NCBI GenBank assembly: GCA_051251915.1
Contig: JBPOGF010000030.1
Location: 1 to 37,602, forward strand
DNA from: Akkermansiaceae bacterium
GTDB lineage: Bacteria; Verrucomicrobiota; Verrucomicrobiia; Verrucomicrobiales; Akkermansiaceae
DNA length: 37,602 nt
Direction: 5' to 3'
This document shows, in pieces, positions 1-9,926 of this stretch. How positions within the stretch are numbered: position 1 is the first letter of the stretch; every line of letters begins with the position of its first letter. The notes under the pieces were generated by a model that saw nothing but the letters and a program-made list of their open reading frames with translations, had not been told where the DNA came from and ran no database searches. A program made the position numbers and the translations under genes.

Positions 1-34
1 CGATAGGTCCTGTGAGAGTAGGTCGTCGCCAGTT
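1..34 (+). rRNA. rrf: 3' end of 5S rRNA gene (truncated by window start)
   Basis: TGTGAGAGTAGGTCGTCGCCAG matches the conserved bacterial 5S 3' motif GAGAGTAGG..GCCAG and is followed at once by a strong terminator. Confidence 0.9.
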
Positions 35-40
35 CTTTAT

Positions 41-79
41 GCCCTGATTTAGCTAACGCTAAGTCAGGGCTTTTTTTTT
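41..79 (+). terminator. Rho-independent terminator of the rRNA operon
   Basis: GCCCTGATTTAGC-TAAC-GCTAAGTCAGGGC (13-bp stem, one G-U pair) followed by T9. Confidence 0.93.
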
Positions 80-661
80 GTCTATTTTTTGGTGACTGGA
101 GATTAGGGTTTGTCGAGTTGGTTGAGGCTCGGGGAGCCTGTCAGAGGTTGAATGGTTGATTAGTCATTGGTCTTGGTTGATGGAATTAGAATGATGAAGC
201 CTTGGATGAAATGACGTAGTTGGAGGTAAGATTTTTTGTTGAGGTAAGTTTTTTGATTATTAATATTGTTTTAATGAGTGATATGCTGAAATAAAATATC
301 AGAAGGGTTAGAAGCTGAGAATGTTAAATGGTGTGGAGTAAAAATAAGTTGCCTGAATTTGAGGAGTTTACTATCAATAAGTAACTTAATCTATATTGTC
401 GTTGAAAACTAAAGAGCGTCATATTTTAACCGTGTTTAGCTACTGAATATCAGCTAGGGGTGAACTAATAATACGGTTCGCCTGAAAACCAGAGTTATGA
501 GTGATAGAATCGTGAATGCGCTGATTAGATGTCGTAGAAACGATTGTGTCGCGCTACTTCATTATATGCTTGTGCTGGTCTAGAGTGATGTCGTATATGT
601 TTTTTCAAGAAGAGATTTTTCTATAGAATCTTGCTTGGAAACTACTAAACAATATTTCACG

Positions 662-1285
662 ATGAAGCTAAAATACACTAAAATGTCTATCTTTGCGGCT
701 ACTCTTATAACATTTAGATCGTTGGCAGGGGGAGCTAATGCTGCAATTTTGATCACGGTTCAAGAGGTAGGTTCAGATGTAGTTGTATCGTATTCTGGGT
801 CGTTAGATCTTTCTTCTACATTGGTTAAAGATGATGACCGTAGTGGTTCTGCTTCAGCACTTTGGTCCGATGGTAGTGGGGGATATCTTCACTCATATAA
901 TCGGGCAGAAAATACAGATGATTATAATCTTAATTCAGTTTCTTACACGGCTCCTACAGCAGCACCTCAAATTTTTGGTGGTGGCATATATGGAGGAGTC
1001 GTAGCTGGTGATAGCTTACAGATCGATTTTTCTCCCACATCTGGTCAAATATGGGTTCCTGACGGGTATATTTCGAATACTCAGCTTTCTGGATCAAATA
1101 CGTTTCAGGATACTAGTTTTGCTGATCTATCTCCAGTATTGGGCACTTATGAATGGTCTTGGTCTAATGGAGGTAACTCTGATGGTCTTACTTTGATTGT
1201 GGGTAGTGTTCCGGAACCATCTTCAGTTTTTCTGCTTGGAATTGGTGTCTTAGGAGTTGCGTCTAGACGCAAGAGAATGGTCTAA
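662..1285 (+). CDS. PEP-CTERM sorting domain surface protein
   Basis: Signal-like N-terminus ending ANA-A. C-terminal VPEPSS + hydrophobic helix + RRKR. ATG 662 preferred over TTG 635. Confidence 0.9.
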   Translation: MKLKYTKMSIFAATLITFRSLAGGANAAILITVQEVGSDVVVSYSGSLDLSSTLVKDDDRSGSASALWSDGSGGYLHSYNRAENTDDYNLNSVSYTAPTAAPQIFGGGIYGGVVAGDSLQIDFSPTSGQIWVPDGYISNTQLSGSNTFQDTSFADLSPVLGTYEWSWSNGGNSDGLTLIVGSVPEPSSVFLLGIGVLGVASRRKRMV

Positions 1286-1644
1286 GTCGAATTCCAGAGA
1301 TCGCTTTGATGGAGTGGTAGCACGTCTGGGGGGGGATTGGTTGTTGTCTGTGCTTTTTTGGTTTATTTTATTACGGGCAATAGATAGGATAGTTTTTTGC
1401 GACTTTGTCTAGGCATCTGTGGAGGGTTGTTGTGTATCTTGAAGCTGGTGAAGGCTTTGTAGAAATGGAATATAGTAGGGAGAGGGTATTGTGGTGAATG
1501 GTTTAGGTTTTCAATTAGCCTTTTATTGGTATGGGGTTGTTGGTTGTGTGTGTGGGGTGAAAGTATTGTTGGTTTTTTGGGAAATGTGGGGGATAGTGGT
1601 GGGTGATTGGATAGTGGCTGCGATTGTTGGTGGCTGAGTGTATT

Positions 1645-2487
1645 ATGAAATTTAATTTAGGAAGTTTTAATGAACCGGTTCTTTTGTTTGGTGGGGCTTA
1701 TGGGAATCTGCAGGCAACGAGTGCTCTGAGGGAGATTGCTGATGCTGCGATGATTCCGGCTGAGAGGGTGATTTGCACTGGGGATATGACTGCGTATTGT
1801 GCTGAGCCTAGGGAGACTGTGGAGTATATACGAGAGTGGGGGATCCATGTGATACAGGGTAATGTGGAGGCTCAGTTGGCGGCTAATGCGGATGACTGCG
1901 GGTGTAATTTTCTACCTGAGTCTTCGTGTGATTTGCTTTCTGCGGAGTGGTATAGGTTCACTCAGGAAAAGGTGGATGTGGGGCAGCGAGAATGGTTTGG
2001 GAGGTTGCCTGTGAACCTGGAGTTTGAGATGGGTGGGTTTACGTGTGTTGTGGGGCATGGGGGGTATAGGGAGATGAGTCGGTTTATTTTTGCTAGTACG
2101 GCTTGGGGCGAAAAGGGGGAGGAGCTGGATTGTGCTGGGGCTGATGTTTTTATTGGTGGTCATAGTGGGTTACCGTTTAGTGAGGTAGAGGATGGGAGGT
2201 TGTGGTGTAATGCTGGGGTGATAGGTATGCCTGCGAATGATGGGACGAATCGTGGGTGGTATGTGATTTTGGAGCCGATTGGTGAGGGGGTGAGGTGTTC
2301 TCATCGTTCATTTAGTTATGATCATGCGAGGGCTGCGGAGTTGATGGGCGAGCGGGGGTTGCCGTCAGAATATAGGGATGCTCTTATGAGTGGTTTGTGG
2401 CATAGTTGTGATATTTTACCTGAGGTGGAGGCTTTGAGTCAGGGGGTGAGGCTTGAGGAGTGTGTGGTAGATGTTTTGAGGAGATAG
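1645..2487 (+). CDS. Calcineurin-like metallophosphoesterase family protein, Cys-rich variant
   Basis: Motifs GGAYGN, CTGD, IQGN, GHGG, GGHSG, NAGVIG. ATG 1645 preferred over TTG 1624. Confidence 0.85.
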   Translation: MKFNLGSFNEPVLLFGGAYGNLQATSALREIADAAMIPAERVICTGDMTAYCAEPRETVEYIREWGIHVIQGNVEAQLAANADDCGCNFLPESSCDLLSAEWYRFTQEKVDVGQREWFGRLPVNLEFEMGGFTCVVGHGGYREMSRFIFASTAWGEKGEELDCAGADVFIGGHSGLPFSEVEDGRLWCNAGVIGMPANDGTNRGWYVILEPIGEGVRCSHRSFSYDHARAAELMGERGLPSEYRDALMSGLWHSCDILPEVEALSQGVRLEECVVDVLRR

Positions 2488-2494
2488 GAAGTGT

Positions 2495-3856
2495 ATGGAG
2501 ATGGAGACGATTAGTTGGGTGGTTTTTATGGTTTATGGGGTTTGGATGTTTATGATCTCGCCACGCGTGCGGGGGCATGATGAGGAGTCTCAGTATTTTA
2601 AGGGGGTGGGGGAGGATGGGAAGGAGGTGAGCTTGGTGTTTCTGTGTTCTTCGTTGTTGGTGTCTTGGATTTTTGCGAAGTCGATTCAGAATGCGGCTGA
2701 TTTAGGTCAGTCTTTGGGGCTGCCTGGTGGTGTGGCGTATGCTACGTATTGGTTTTCCTTTATTACTGCTGGTTATATTCTTTATTCTATTAGGCGTTCT
2801 GGGTTTGGTAGTTTGCATGAGTTTCTGACGAGTAAGTATGGTGGTGCTTCGATTTGGTTGTTTTCGTTGATTTTGTTGTTTCGGTTATGGAATGAGATTT
2901 GGAGTAATACGATTGTGGTGGGGCAGTATTTTGGTGAGGTTGGTAGTAGTGGATATTATCTGGGGACTTGGGCGACGACTGCGGTGGTGGTGGCTTATGC
3001 GTTTAAGGGGGGGCTGCGTTCTTCTATTATAACGGATATGGTGCAGATGGGGTTGTTTCTAGTAATCTTATTTATTATTTCGGCGTGGATTTTGCCTGAG
3101 GCAGATGGCTCTGAGTTGATTTCTTCAGGGGAGTGGACGTTGAGTGGTGGGGTGGATTTGATTTTGGTGGCGTTTATTCAGATTTGGAGTTATCCGTTCC
3201 ATGATCCTGTGTTGACTGACAGGGCGTTTATCACGGAGAGTGAGAAGATGAAGCGAGCTTTTTTGATCGCGGGTGTGGTAGGATTTGGGTGTATTTTGTT
3301 GTTTAGTTTGACGGGTGTTTTCAATCAGTTGGCTGGGCTAGGGGGAAATTCTACGATGACTACGGCGCGTTACTTTGGGCTCCCAGTATTGATAGCGATG
3401 AATTTGATTATGATGATATCAGCGACGTCTACGTTAGATTCTACGTTGACTTCGGCTGGGAAGTTGACGGCGGTGGATCTTTTGCCGAATTTGCGGGTGA
3501 GTAGGATTTTGGTGGCTCGTATTGCTTTGGTGGCGCTGGCGATTTTGGGGAATTTGATGGTGCATTTTGATCCTGCTATTCTGAGTGCGACGACGGTGAG
3601 TGGGACTATGGTTATAGGGTTAACTCCTGTTTTTCTGTTGCATAGGTGGGGGCGTGCGGGTGCTGTGTCTTATTGGGTTAGTGTGCTGAGTGGTATGGGG
3701 TTTGGTCTTGCGTATGCTTTTGGTGTGGTGCCTTATGCGATAGGGGGTGGGAAGTATGGGGTGCTTTTGAGTACGAATCTGGTGGGTGTGGTGGTGAGTT
3801 TTGTGTTGTTTGCTGTTGCTGCGGTGTGGTGGCCAAGGAGAGGGGTGGTGGTGTAG
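2495..3856 (+). CDS. Sodium:solute symporter (SSS family)
   Basis: Many TM helices, the GGLRSSIITDMVQ SSS signature and STLDS. AGGAAG RBS-like site; 7 nt after the previous stop. Confidence 0.88.
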   Translation: MEMETISWVVFMVYGVWMFMISPRVRGHDEESQYFKGVGEDGKEVSLVFLCSSLLVSWIFAKSIQNAADLGQSLGLPGGVAYATYWFSFITAGYILYSIRRSGFGSLHEFLTSKYGGASIWLFSLILLFRLWNEIWSNTIVVGQYFGEVGSSGYYLGTWATTAVVVAYAFKGGLRSSIITDMVQMGLFLVILFIISAWILPEADGSELISSGEWTLSGGVDLILVAFIQIWSYPFHDPVLTDRAFITESEKMKRAFLIAGVVGFGCILLFSLTGVFNQLAGLGGNSTMTTARYFGLPVLIAMNLIMMISATSTLDSTLTSAGKLTAVDLLPNLRVSRILVARIALVALAILGNLMVHFDPAILSATTVSGTMVIGLTPVFLLHRWGRAGAVSYWVSVLSGMGFGLAYAFGVVPYAIGGGKYGVLLSTNLVGVVVSFVLFAVAAVWWPRRGVVV

Positions 3857-3918
3857 AGTTTTTGGTGGGAGATGGGGGAATTAGGTAGATTTTTTAGGGA
3901 GTTGGCATAGGTTGGGTT

Positions 3919-4602
3919 ATGATTATTTGGATTACTGGATGTACGTCGGGATTGGGGAAAGCTTTAGCAATGAGGTATTGTGATGATGGGCATACTGTTG
4001 TGGGAGGGGGAAGGAATGAGGAGGCTCTGGAGGAGCTGAGGAGTGGCTTTCCTAGAGGTCATTTTTTGAGACTGGATGTTGGGGATGAGAGTTCGGTGGA
4101 GTCATTTTGTGGCCAAGCACGTGAGCTTACGGGGGCTCCGGATTATTTGATCAATAATGCTGGTGTGATGAATAAGCCTGCACGGCTATGGGAGGTGAGT
4201 GGTGAGGAGTTTGGCAAGTTGACGAATATCAATATTAATGGTGTGGCTCATATGATCCGGCATGTGGTTCCATTTATGCTGGAGGTGAAGCGGGGTATTG
4301 TGGTTAATTTGTCCTCTGGTTTGGGGAAAAGAGGGATGTCAAATGTGGCGCCTTATTGTGCTAGTAAGCATGCGGTGGAGGGGCTTTCTTCTGCTGTGGC
4401 ACTGGAGTTTAGTGAAATTAGCTCTGAGTTGGCGTGTATTGCATTGAGTCCAGGGGTGATTAATACTTCAATGTTACAGAAGAACCTAGGTGAGGGAGCT
4501 AGTGAACATCAGACTGCAGATGATTGGGTGGAGAAGGCGGCACCGTATATTCTGGGTCTTCATTTCTCGAATAACGGGGATTCATTGCGGGTACCAGACT
4601 GA
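3919..4602 (+). CDS. SDR family NAD(P)-dependent oxidoreductase
   Basis: TGCTSGLG, NNAG and catalytic YCASK motifs. Confidence 0.92.
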   Translation: MIIWITGCTSGLGKALAMRYCDDGHTVVGGGRNEEALEELRSGFPRGHFLRLDVGDESSVESFCGQARELTGAPDYLINNAGVMNKPARLWEVSGEEFGKLTNININGVAHMIRHVVPFMLEVKRGIVVNLSSGLGKRGMSNVAPYCASKHAVEGLSSAVALEFSEISSELACIALSPGVINTSMLQKNLGEGASEHQTADDWVEKAAPYILGLHFSNNGDSLRVPD

Positions 4603-4652
4603 TTAAGTTATTTATATTGGCGTTTTTTGGAAAAGGATTTAGTTTGTTAGCT

Positions 4653-5579
4653 ATGGATAAAGATTTGAACTTTGTGAGTAGTGATTTAGATCAGGTGGAG
4701 CATATCATTCCACAGGAAGCGTTTGATTGGTATGATGAGTATGCGCATGGAGATATTGATCGCCGGACGTTTATGAATAGGCTTTCGACTATTGCTGTGG
4801 GTGGGTTGACAGTATCTGCTTTGGCTTCTGCTTTGATGCCAAGTTATGCGAAGGCTGAGCAGGTTTCTTTTAATGACGAGAGCATTACAGGGTCTTATGA
4901 AACTTTTGAATCGCCAAAAGGGTATAAGGAAGGCCGTGGATATTTGGCCAAACCTAAAGAGTTGAAAGGGACGGCTCCAGTGGTGTTGGTGGTTCATGAG
5001 AACCGAGGATTAAACCCATATGTGAAGGATGTAGCGAGGCGATTAGCAAAGGATGGTTTTGTGGCGTTTGCTCCTGACGCTCTACATTCGCTGGGTGGTT
5101 ATCCTGGGAATGATGATGAGGGGAGAGCGATGCAGAAGGGGTTAGATAAGAAAAAACTGGAGCAGGATTTCATCGCTGCGGCAGGGTTTTTGAAAAAGCA
5201 TGAGTTGAGCAATGGTAAGTTGGGAGCAGTGGGATTTTGCTTTGGTGGGTACATTGTTAACATGCTTGCAGCTACGATACCTGGTGAGCTGGATGCTGGA
5301 GTGCCTTTTTATGGGACGCCTGCTGCTAAAGAACTACGAAAGAATATTAAGGGGCCGTTGGTGATTCAGTATGCGGAGCTTGATAAGCGTGTGAATGCAT
5401 CTAAGGATGAGTATGAGGCTGACCTGAAGTTAGCTGGTGCTGAGTATGAAATGTATCTGTATGAAGGAGCAAATCATGGTTTTCATAATGACTCTACTAG
5501 CCGATATGATAAGGAGGATGCTGAGTTAGCGTGGAAACGTACTGTCGAATTCTTTAAGAAGAAGCTAGCTGTCTCTTAG
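4653..5579 (+). CDS. Dienelactone hydrolase family (YghX-like), Tat-exported
   Basis: YDEYAHG...DRRTFM twin-arginine leader, HENRGL, GFCFGG nucleophile and NHGF His. ATG 4653 preferred. Confidence 0.9.
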   Translation: MDKDLNFVSSDLDQVEHIIPQEAFDWYDEYAHGDIDRRTFMNRLSTIAVGGLTVSALASALMPSYAKAEQVSFNDESITGSYETFESPKGYKEGRGYLAKPKELKGTAPVVLVVHENRGLNPYVKDVARRLAKDGFVAFAPDALHSLGGYPGNDDEGRAMQKGLDKKKLEQDFIAAAGFLKKHELSNGKLGAVGFCFGGYIVNMLAATIPGELDAGVPFYGTPAAKELRKNIKGPLVIQYAELDKRVNASKDEYEADLKLAGAEYEMYLYEGANHGFHNDSTSRYDKEDAELAWKRTVEFFKKKLAVS

Positions 5580-5672
5580 AGGTTCACGTTAGCGGTGATC
5601 TCTAGGAATGAGTCGTACTGGGGTGTGTATGCCAAGTTGCATCAAAGATGTTACTATTGATGATGCTTGGTT

Positions 5673-6374
5673 TTACGGTGTTTGAGGTTTTGGTGCTTCA
5701 ACTACCGCTCTATTTTCTGTGATGAATTTGAAGTCAAGGAGGCTTCGTGATTTGTCCTTTGAGGGGACGATTAATACAAGTTGGCGGAGGTTGTCTTGGT
5801 GCTTCCAGATGGAGGAGTAGAGCGGTGGTGATTTTAGGTTTTTTCTGAGGTAGAATGAGGCGGCTATATTTCTGCCTTTTCCTCCTGGTAATACATCAAC
5901 TGGTTTCCAGCCTGTGGCTACTAGTATATTTTTTTTATCGTAGCGGAAGACGAGTGCTTCGCTAGTGACATTGATAAAGCGGAATGTGCCCCATTTGAAG
6001 TTAGCCGCGCTGTCATCGATGATGATGGGTTTAATTCCAGCGGGTGATTCTTTATCTGGGATGATGAGAATCAGCGGGCGGGTGATATTTTCTGGAATGT
6101 TAAGTGGGATGGTGAGTGGGGTGCCTTCTGCTGAGCTGCGGTCGTTAACTTGTATGTGTAGGTTTTCAGCCTTGAGCGAAATCTTGATGGGTTGTGAGCG
6201 TGCGAGGTGGTGCATGCCGAGGACGGGTTCTGATTTACTTTCTTTAGTGCCAGTGGCGATGGCAAGGTCACGCTTCGAGATGGATTGATTCCAGGCTAAA
6301 ACATGTAGCTGAGCTGCTTGGAGAGTGACGGCTGTAAGTAGGGTGATCACTAGTGAAACAATTGTGGAGTGCAT
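5673..6374 (-). CDS. Exported hypothetical protein, co-transcribed with the PilX-like gene
   Basis: 233-aa ORF with signal peptide (LQA-A), 15 nt downstream of the 6390 stop. Confidence 0.75.
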   Translation of the reverse strand: MHSTIVSLVITLLTAVTLQAAQLHVLAWNQSISKRDLAIATGTKESKSEPVLGMHHLARSQPIKISLKAENLHIQVNDRSSAEGTPLTIPLNIPENITRPLILIIPDKESPAGIKPIIIDDSAANFKWGTFRFINVTSEALVFRYDKKNILVATGWKPVDVLPGGKGRNIAASFYLRKNLKSPPLYSSIWKHQDNLRQLVLIVPSKDKSRSLLDFKFITENRAVVEAPKPQTP

Positions 6375-6389
6375 ATTGATAAATGATGT

Positions 6390-9300
6390 TTAGAGTGCTA
6401 GTTTTTCTGCTTCTTTTGGAGCGAGGTAGCGGAATGAAACGATGCGGAATTCTCTTCCGTATTTCTGGTTGATAGCAGAAAGGTCAGCAGTCTGCGTGTA
6501 GGATGGATCTGTTTTATCTACGAAGTTAGGGTAGCGCTGTACTGTAGCTTCGATCCAAACTGAGGCTGATACGTTACCGTTGTTGTCTCTGGCTTCGCCA
6601 TATGCACGGATGGTGAATGTGTCTGAGCGAGGTGTAATGACTGGTGCGATGGATTGGAGTAGGTCTGCCTGGGTTAGGTAGCCGGGAATGCCAACACCTG
6701 TGTCCTGAGGGAAAACGTTGTCGCTTTCTGATCCGTCATATTTAGAAGCATCGAAATTACCTTGTAGTGCGCTGCTGTTGATCGTGGTTCCGTCAATGGC
6801 TGTCTGTAGTGCTCCGCTTAGGCCTAGGTTGGAATCTTCGACTCGTCTGTTGACAAATTCTGAGAGTGAGAGGAATGGTCCGCGGGCTCTTACTTGTGCC
6901 ACTAGGTTTTCTGCAAGTTCCTGGATTTGAGTATCTGTGAGGCTACGGAAGCCTTGCCAGTTATCATTTTCTGCACCTAGAGGATTACGGAAACGGGAGA
7001 ATGGGGTGTCTGCTACAGTAACTGAGGTGGCACCATCTCCAAGCTGGAATGATGAGCCACGGAGGCCGGTAAGCATGGCTGCCCAGGCTGTAACGCTTGT
7101 TGAGTTGATGTTAAAGGCTCCATCGACCATGAGGTGGCCTGCTATCTTAGCACAGGATTCTGGTAAGATCATTTCATTTGCAAATTCTGCACTGGTCTGG
7201 CCTTCGAAGGTATTTTTAAGCAGGTGCATTCTTGGGTTGCGGAGCGGGTTCACTGCGGAGTTATCTGCGAAGTCTTGTAGGACTAATTGGAGAGATTTCG
7301 TTTCATTCGCTATGCTGTTATTCCAGTTCGAAGCTAATCCAGATGTGGTAGTTGGCTCGAGTGTGGGAGCTGCGCTACTGAGGAAGAAGCCATCCCAGAG
7401 TGCTTCGTTTACTAGGTAGGTGTGGTCGACTTCACGGCCATCATTACCATCAATTACTTGGTCACGAGGGACGTAGGCGCTTGCCCAGCTGTTTGCAAAT
7501 TGGTTAGCTGGGGCAAATGGGGTAGATGATAAATCTGCATGCTGGAAGCCGGCTAGGGATACTAGGGGAGCGCGCGGAACTTCAAAGAATGAGAGGTGAG
7601 AGCGGCCACTGCCGGATTCTTGAGTGGCTCCGTAATATGCTGCTGGGCGATTACCGCTGGTGTCAATCTGAAGTAGGTCACTTGATGATGAGACAGCGCG
7701 CATTCTTACTTTGTATTGTGGTCCAGTTTGGAACTGTGTTTTGGTAACAAAAGAGTTCATGGAGGACTGGCGAGGATTACCGGTGTAGACTAGATCAGCT
7801 TCTTGAGCATCTGTTCCTGCCTTAGCTACACGATGATATACTTCTAGGGAGAAGACGGGCGATGGCCCTTGCTGAAGAGTGTCGAAGCTAACTGTGGGTG
7901 AATCTACAATGAGGCTTTGAGGGTCACCGGCTAAGAGGTATGCGTCGACGAAGTCATCCGCGAGAATATCTGCGATCACTAGGCCACGTGTTTCTTCGCT
8001 GGGGGCGGCACCTTTGGCTACTGTGGCATCGGCTAGAGCAATGCTCATTGGGTATTCGCTTCCAGTATTACCGCTGTTACTCATATCAAACCTAACGCGA
8101 ACAGAATCACCTGTTTTCATGATTTGGTCATTATAAGCGTCGTTTTGCGGCATTACATTGAATCCACCTGTAATGGAGTAATCGCTGACGCTATTTACTG
8201 GGCGCATGAAGATGGTTCTTTCGCGGACTGTTGCGTTTAGTGCAGTGAATTCTTGGAGAACGGGTGATGCGGGAACAAAGATTCTTACTTCACCTGGTTC
8301 GAACCTGATGGGCGTAGCGTTTCCTGAAATTGGGTTTCCATCGGCTGTTATAGCGCCGAAGATGTAGGGAGGAATTTGACGAACGGCTCCTTTAGCGGAT
8401 CCTTTTTGTAAATCTCTAGAGATATAAGAGCCTTTGTTGGCAGTGGATCCGTCTCTTGTAATCCAGAATCTTCTATACATAGGTAGATCTAACCATGGAT
8501 AAGTGACGGCTCCTTCGATTTCCAAGGCTACATTGTATGGGTTCCATAAGGTAACTACAGGCGTAATGGAGTATTGTGGTGTGTTGTTGGGGCTTAAAGA
8601 TAAGCTGAATAAGTAGAGCACTCTATCTAACACGGGACGGATGGCGGTTTGTGTTACCGCTCCATTTGCTGCGATGTGTGGAGGAGGATTGTGGCTACTG
8701 GCTATGTTTTCTTCTGCTTTGGATACAGCGGCTACGTGGTCGCCGGCTCTCTCGAAGATAGTTACGCCATCTCCTGTCTGGTAGAGGTGGTGAGGAATGC
8801 GGTAGAATGAGCGGAGCGTGTCAAAGGTGGGGACTGATGTAACTGGGAAATAGAAGTGGACGTCATCATCATATTGGCCGCCTGAGCTACCCCAAGTGCG
8901 CTGATAACTATAAGAACCGCTGTCTACTAGAGGTTGATAGAGCGGTCTCTGGGCGTCGTAGTTGGATGGTGTGGAGAATGCTGTTTCCGCAATATTACGA
9001 AATGGGTTGTTGATTGTTTCACCGTCAGGTGTTGTCCAGCTGTCTTGGTTGTAATCGGTATCGGTCATTTCGAAGCCTAGGTTCATATCGACTTTGAGAC
9101 CTCCATTGACTGTGTTTGTGAGTAGGCCGAAGGAGGAGGTCGTGAAGTCTGCGCCTACTGTATTAGCTCCTGTGGCTGCCAGGTCTGGATCTAGGGTGGC
9201 TTGGCGGTAGTCTAGTACTTTAGCTGCGCGTTCGTTCCAATTGGCAGTGGGCTGGGAGAATACTCCACTTTGACTGACGTTAGGTCTTGGTTGTGCGTGG

Positions 9301-9926
9301 AGGTCATCATTGGTGTGTCGGTCTGCTAGTTCAGGGCCAGCTACATTGATTTTGGCTTTGGTGTTTTCTTGTGCAATTGCCCAGGCTAGTCCGCCATCCA
9401 CACTACCGTTGTTGGTGTTTACGAGTGTTCCTTGCAGTTTGAAGCCATCTGTAGATTCGCCGAAGAGGTCAATCTGTTCTTGTGTTGGGGTGGTGGTGAC
9501 CCAGTTAGGATCTGTGAGTGTTTCTTCACTTCCTGAGACTAGCCAGCGAACAAAACGACTTTGTTTTTCAGTGTCGTAGTTAGGAGCTGTGCCTTGGGTG
9601 TTTGTAGAGAGGCCTGGCGTCCAGGACTCCCATACCCCGACGGCGTGGGGAGAGACTGCTGATTCACTGATGATGGATCCGTCTGCGGTGATGCGGCGAT
9701 CGTCACCGGCGGTTTCTTGGAGGGTGGAGAGTGCCATCATTAGTGCGACGCGTGCATTCGCACGAGCCCGGAGTTGATCTTCTTCTGCTGATGATCCACG
9801 GGTGGAGACTGTGGATAGGTTCAACATGGCAATTGCGATCATCATTAGTAGTGACATAATGGCGATGGTGCTGATCAAGGCGAAGCCTTTATGGGAAGGG
9901 GGGTGTTGGAACCTAGGTCTATTCAT
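6390..9926 (-). CDS. Giant PilX/GspK-type prepilin-like protein, resembling Verru_Chthon cassette protein A
   Basis: KG|FALIS prepilin cleavage site lacking Glu+5, ARANARVALMMALSTLQ...DRRITA PilX-like N-domain, and C-terminal FNINSTS, RGPFLSLSEFVNR, RSDTFTIRAYG. Confidence 0.82.
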   Translation of the reverse strand: MNRPRFQHPPSHKGFALISTIAIMSLLMMIAIAMLNLSTVSTRGSSAEEDQLRARANARVALMMALSTLQETAGDDRRITADGSIISESAVSPHAVGVWESWTPGLSTNTQGTAPNYDTEKQSRFVRWLVSGSEETLTDPNWVTTTPTQEQIDLFGESTDGFKLQGTLVNTNNGSVDGGLAWAIAQENTKAKINVAGPELADRHTNDDLHAQPRPNVSQSGVFSQPTANWNERAAKVLDYRQATLDPDLAATGANTVGADFTTSSFGLLTNTVNGGLKVDMNLGFEMTDTDYNQDSWTTPDGETINNPFRNIAETAFSTPSNYDAQRPLYQPLVDSGSYSYQRTWGSSGGQYDDDVHFYFPVTSVPTFDTLRSFYRIPHHLYQTGDGVTIFERAGDHVAAVSKAEENIASSHNPPPHIAANGAVTQTAIRPVLDRVLYLFSLSLSPNNTPQYSITPVVTLWNPYNVALEIEGAVTYPWLDLPMYRRFWITRDGSTANKGSYISRDLQKGSAKGAVRQIPPYIFGAITADGNPISGNATPIRFEPGEVRIFVPASPVLQEFTALNATVRERTIFMRPVNSVSDYSITGGFNVMPQNDAYNDQIMKTGDSVRVRFDMSNSGNTGSEYPMSIALADATVAKGAAPSEETRGLVIADILADDFVDAYLLAGDPQSLIVDSPTVSFDTLQQGPSPVFSLEVYHRVAKAGTDAQEADLVYTGNPRQSSMNSFVTKTQFQTGPQYKVRMRAVSSSSDLLQIDTSGNRPAAYYGATQESGSGRSHLSFFEVPRAPLVSLAGFQHADLSSTPFAPANQFANSWASAYVPRDQVIDGNDGREVDHTYLVNEALWDGFFLSSAAPTLEPTTTSGLASNWNNSIANETKSLQLVLQDFADNSAVNPLRNPRMHLLKNTFEGQTSAEFANEMILPESCAKIAGHLMVDGAFNINSTSVTAWAAMLTGLRGSSFQLGDGATSVTVADTPFSRFRNPLGAENDNWQGFRSLTDTQIQELAENLVAQVRARGPFLSLSEFVNRRVEDSNLGLSGALQTAIDGTTINSSALQGNFDASKYDGSESDNVFPQDTGVGIPGYLTQADLLQSIAPVITPRSDTFTIRAYGEARDNNGNVSASVWIEATVQRYPNFVDKTDPSYTQTADLSAINQKYGREFRIVSFRYLAPKEAEKLAL

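Noticed and set aside
455..540. Possible fluoride (crcB) riboswitch: GGTGAAC...GTTCGCC...AAACC...GCTGAT
   Set aside because: The conserved GGCGAUGGNGUUCGCC loop and the pseudoknot partner are absent, and the downstream gene is unrelated to fluoride.
1328..1335. G8 homopolymer as a phase-variation tract
   Set aside because: It is intergenic, downstream of a stop codon, and G runs are common on this strand.
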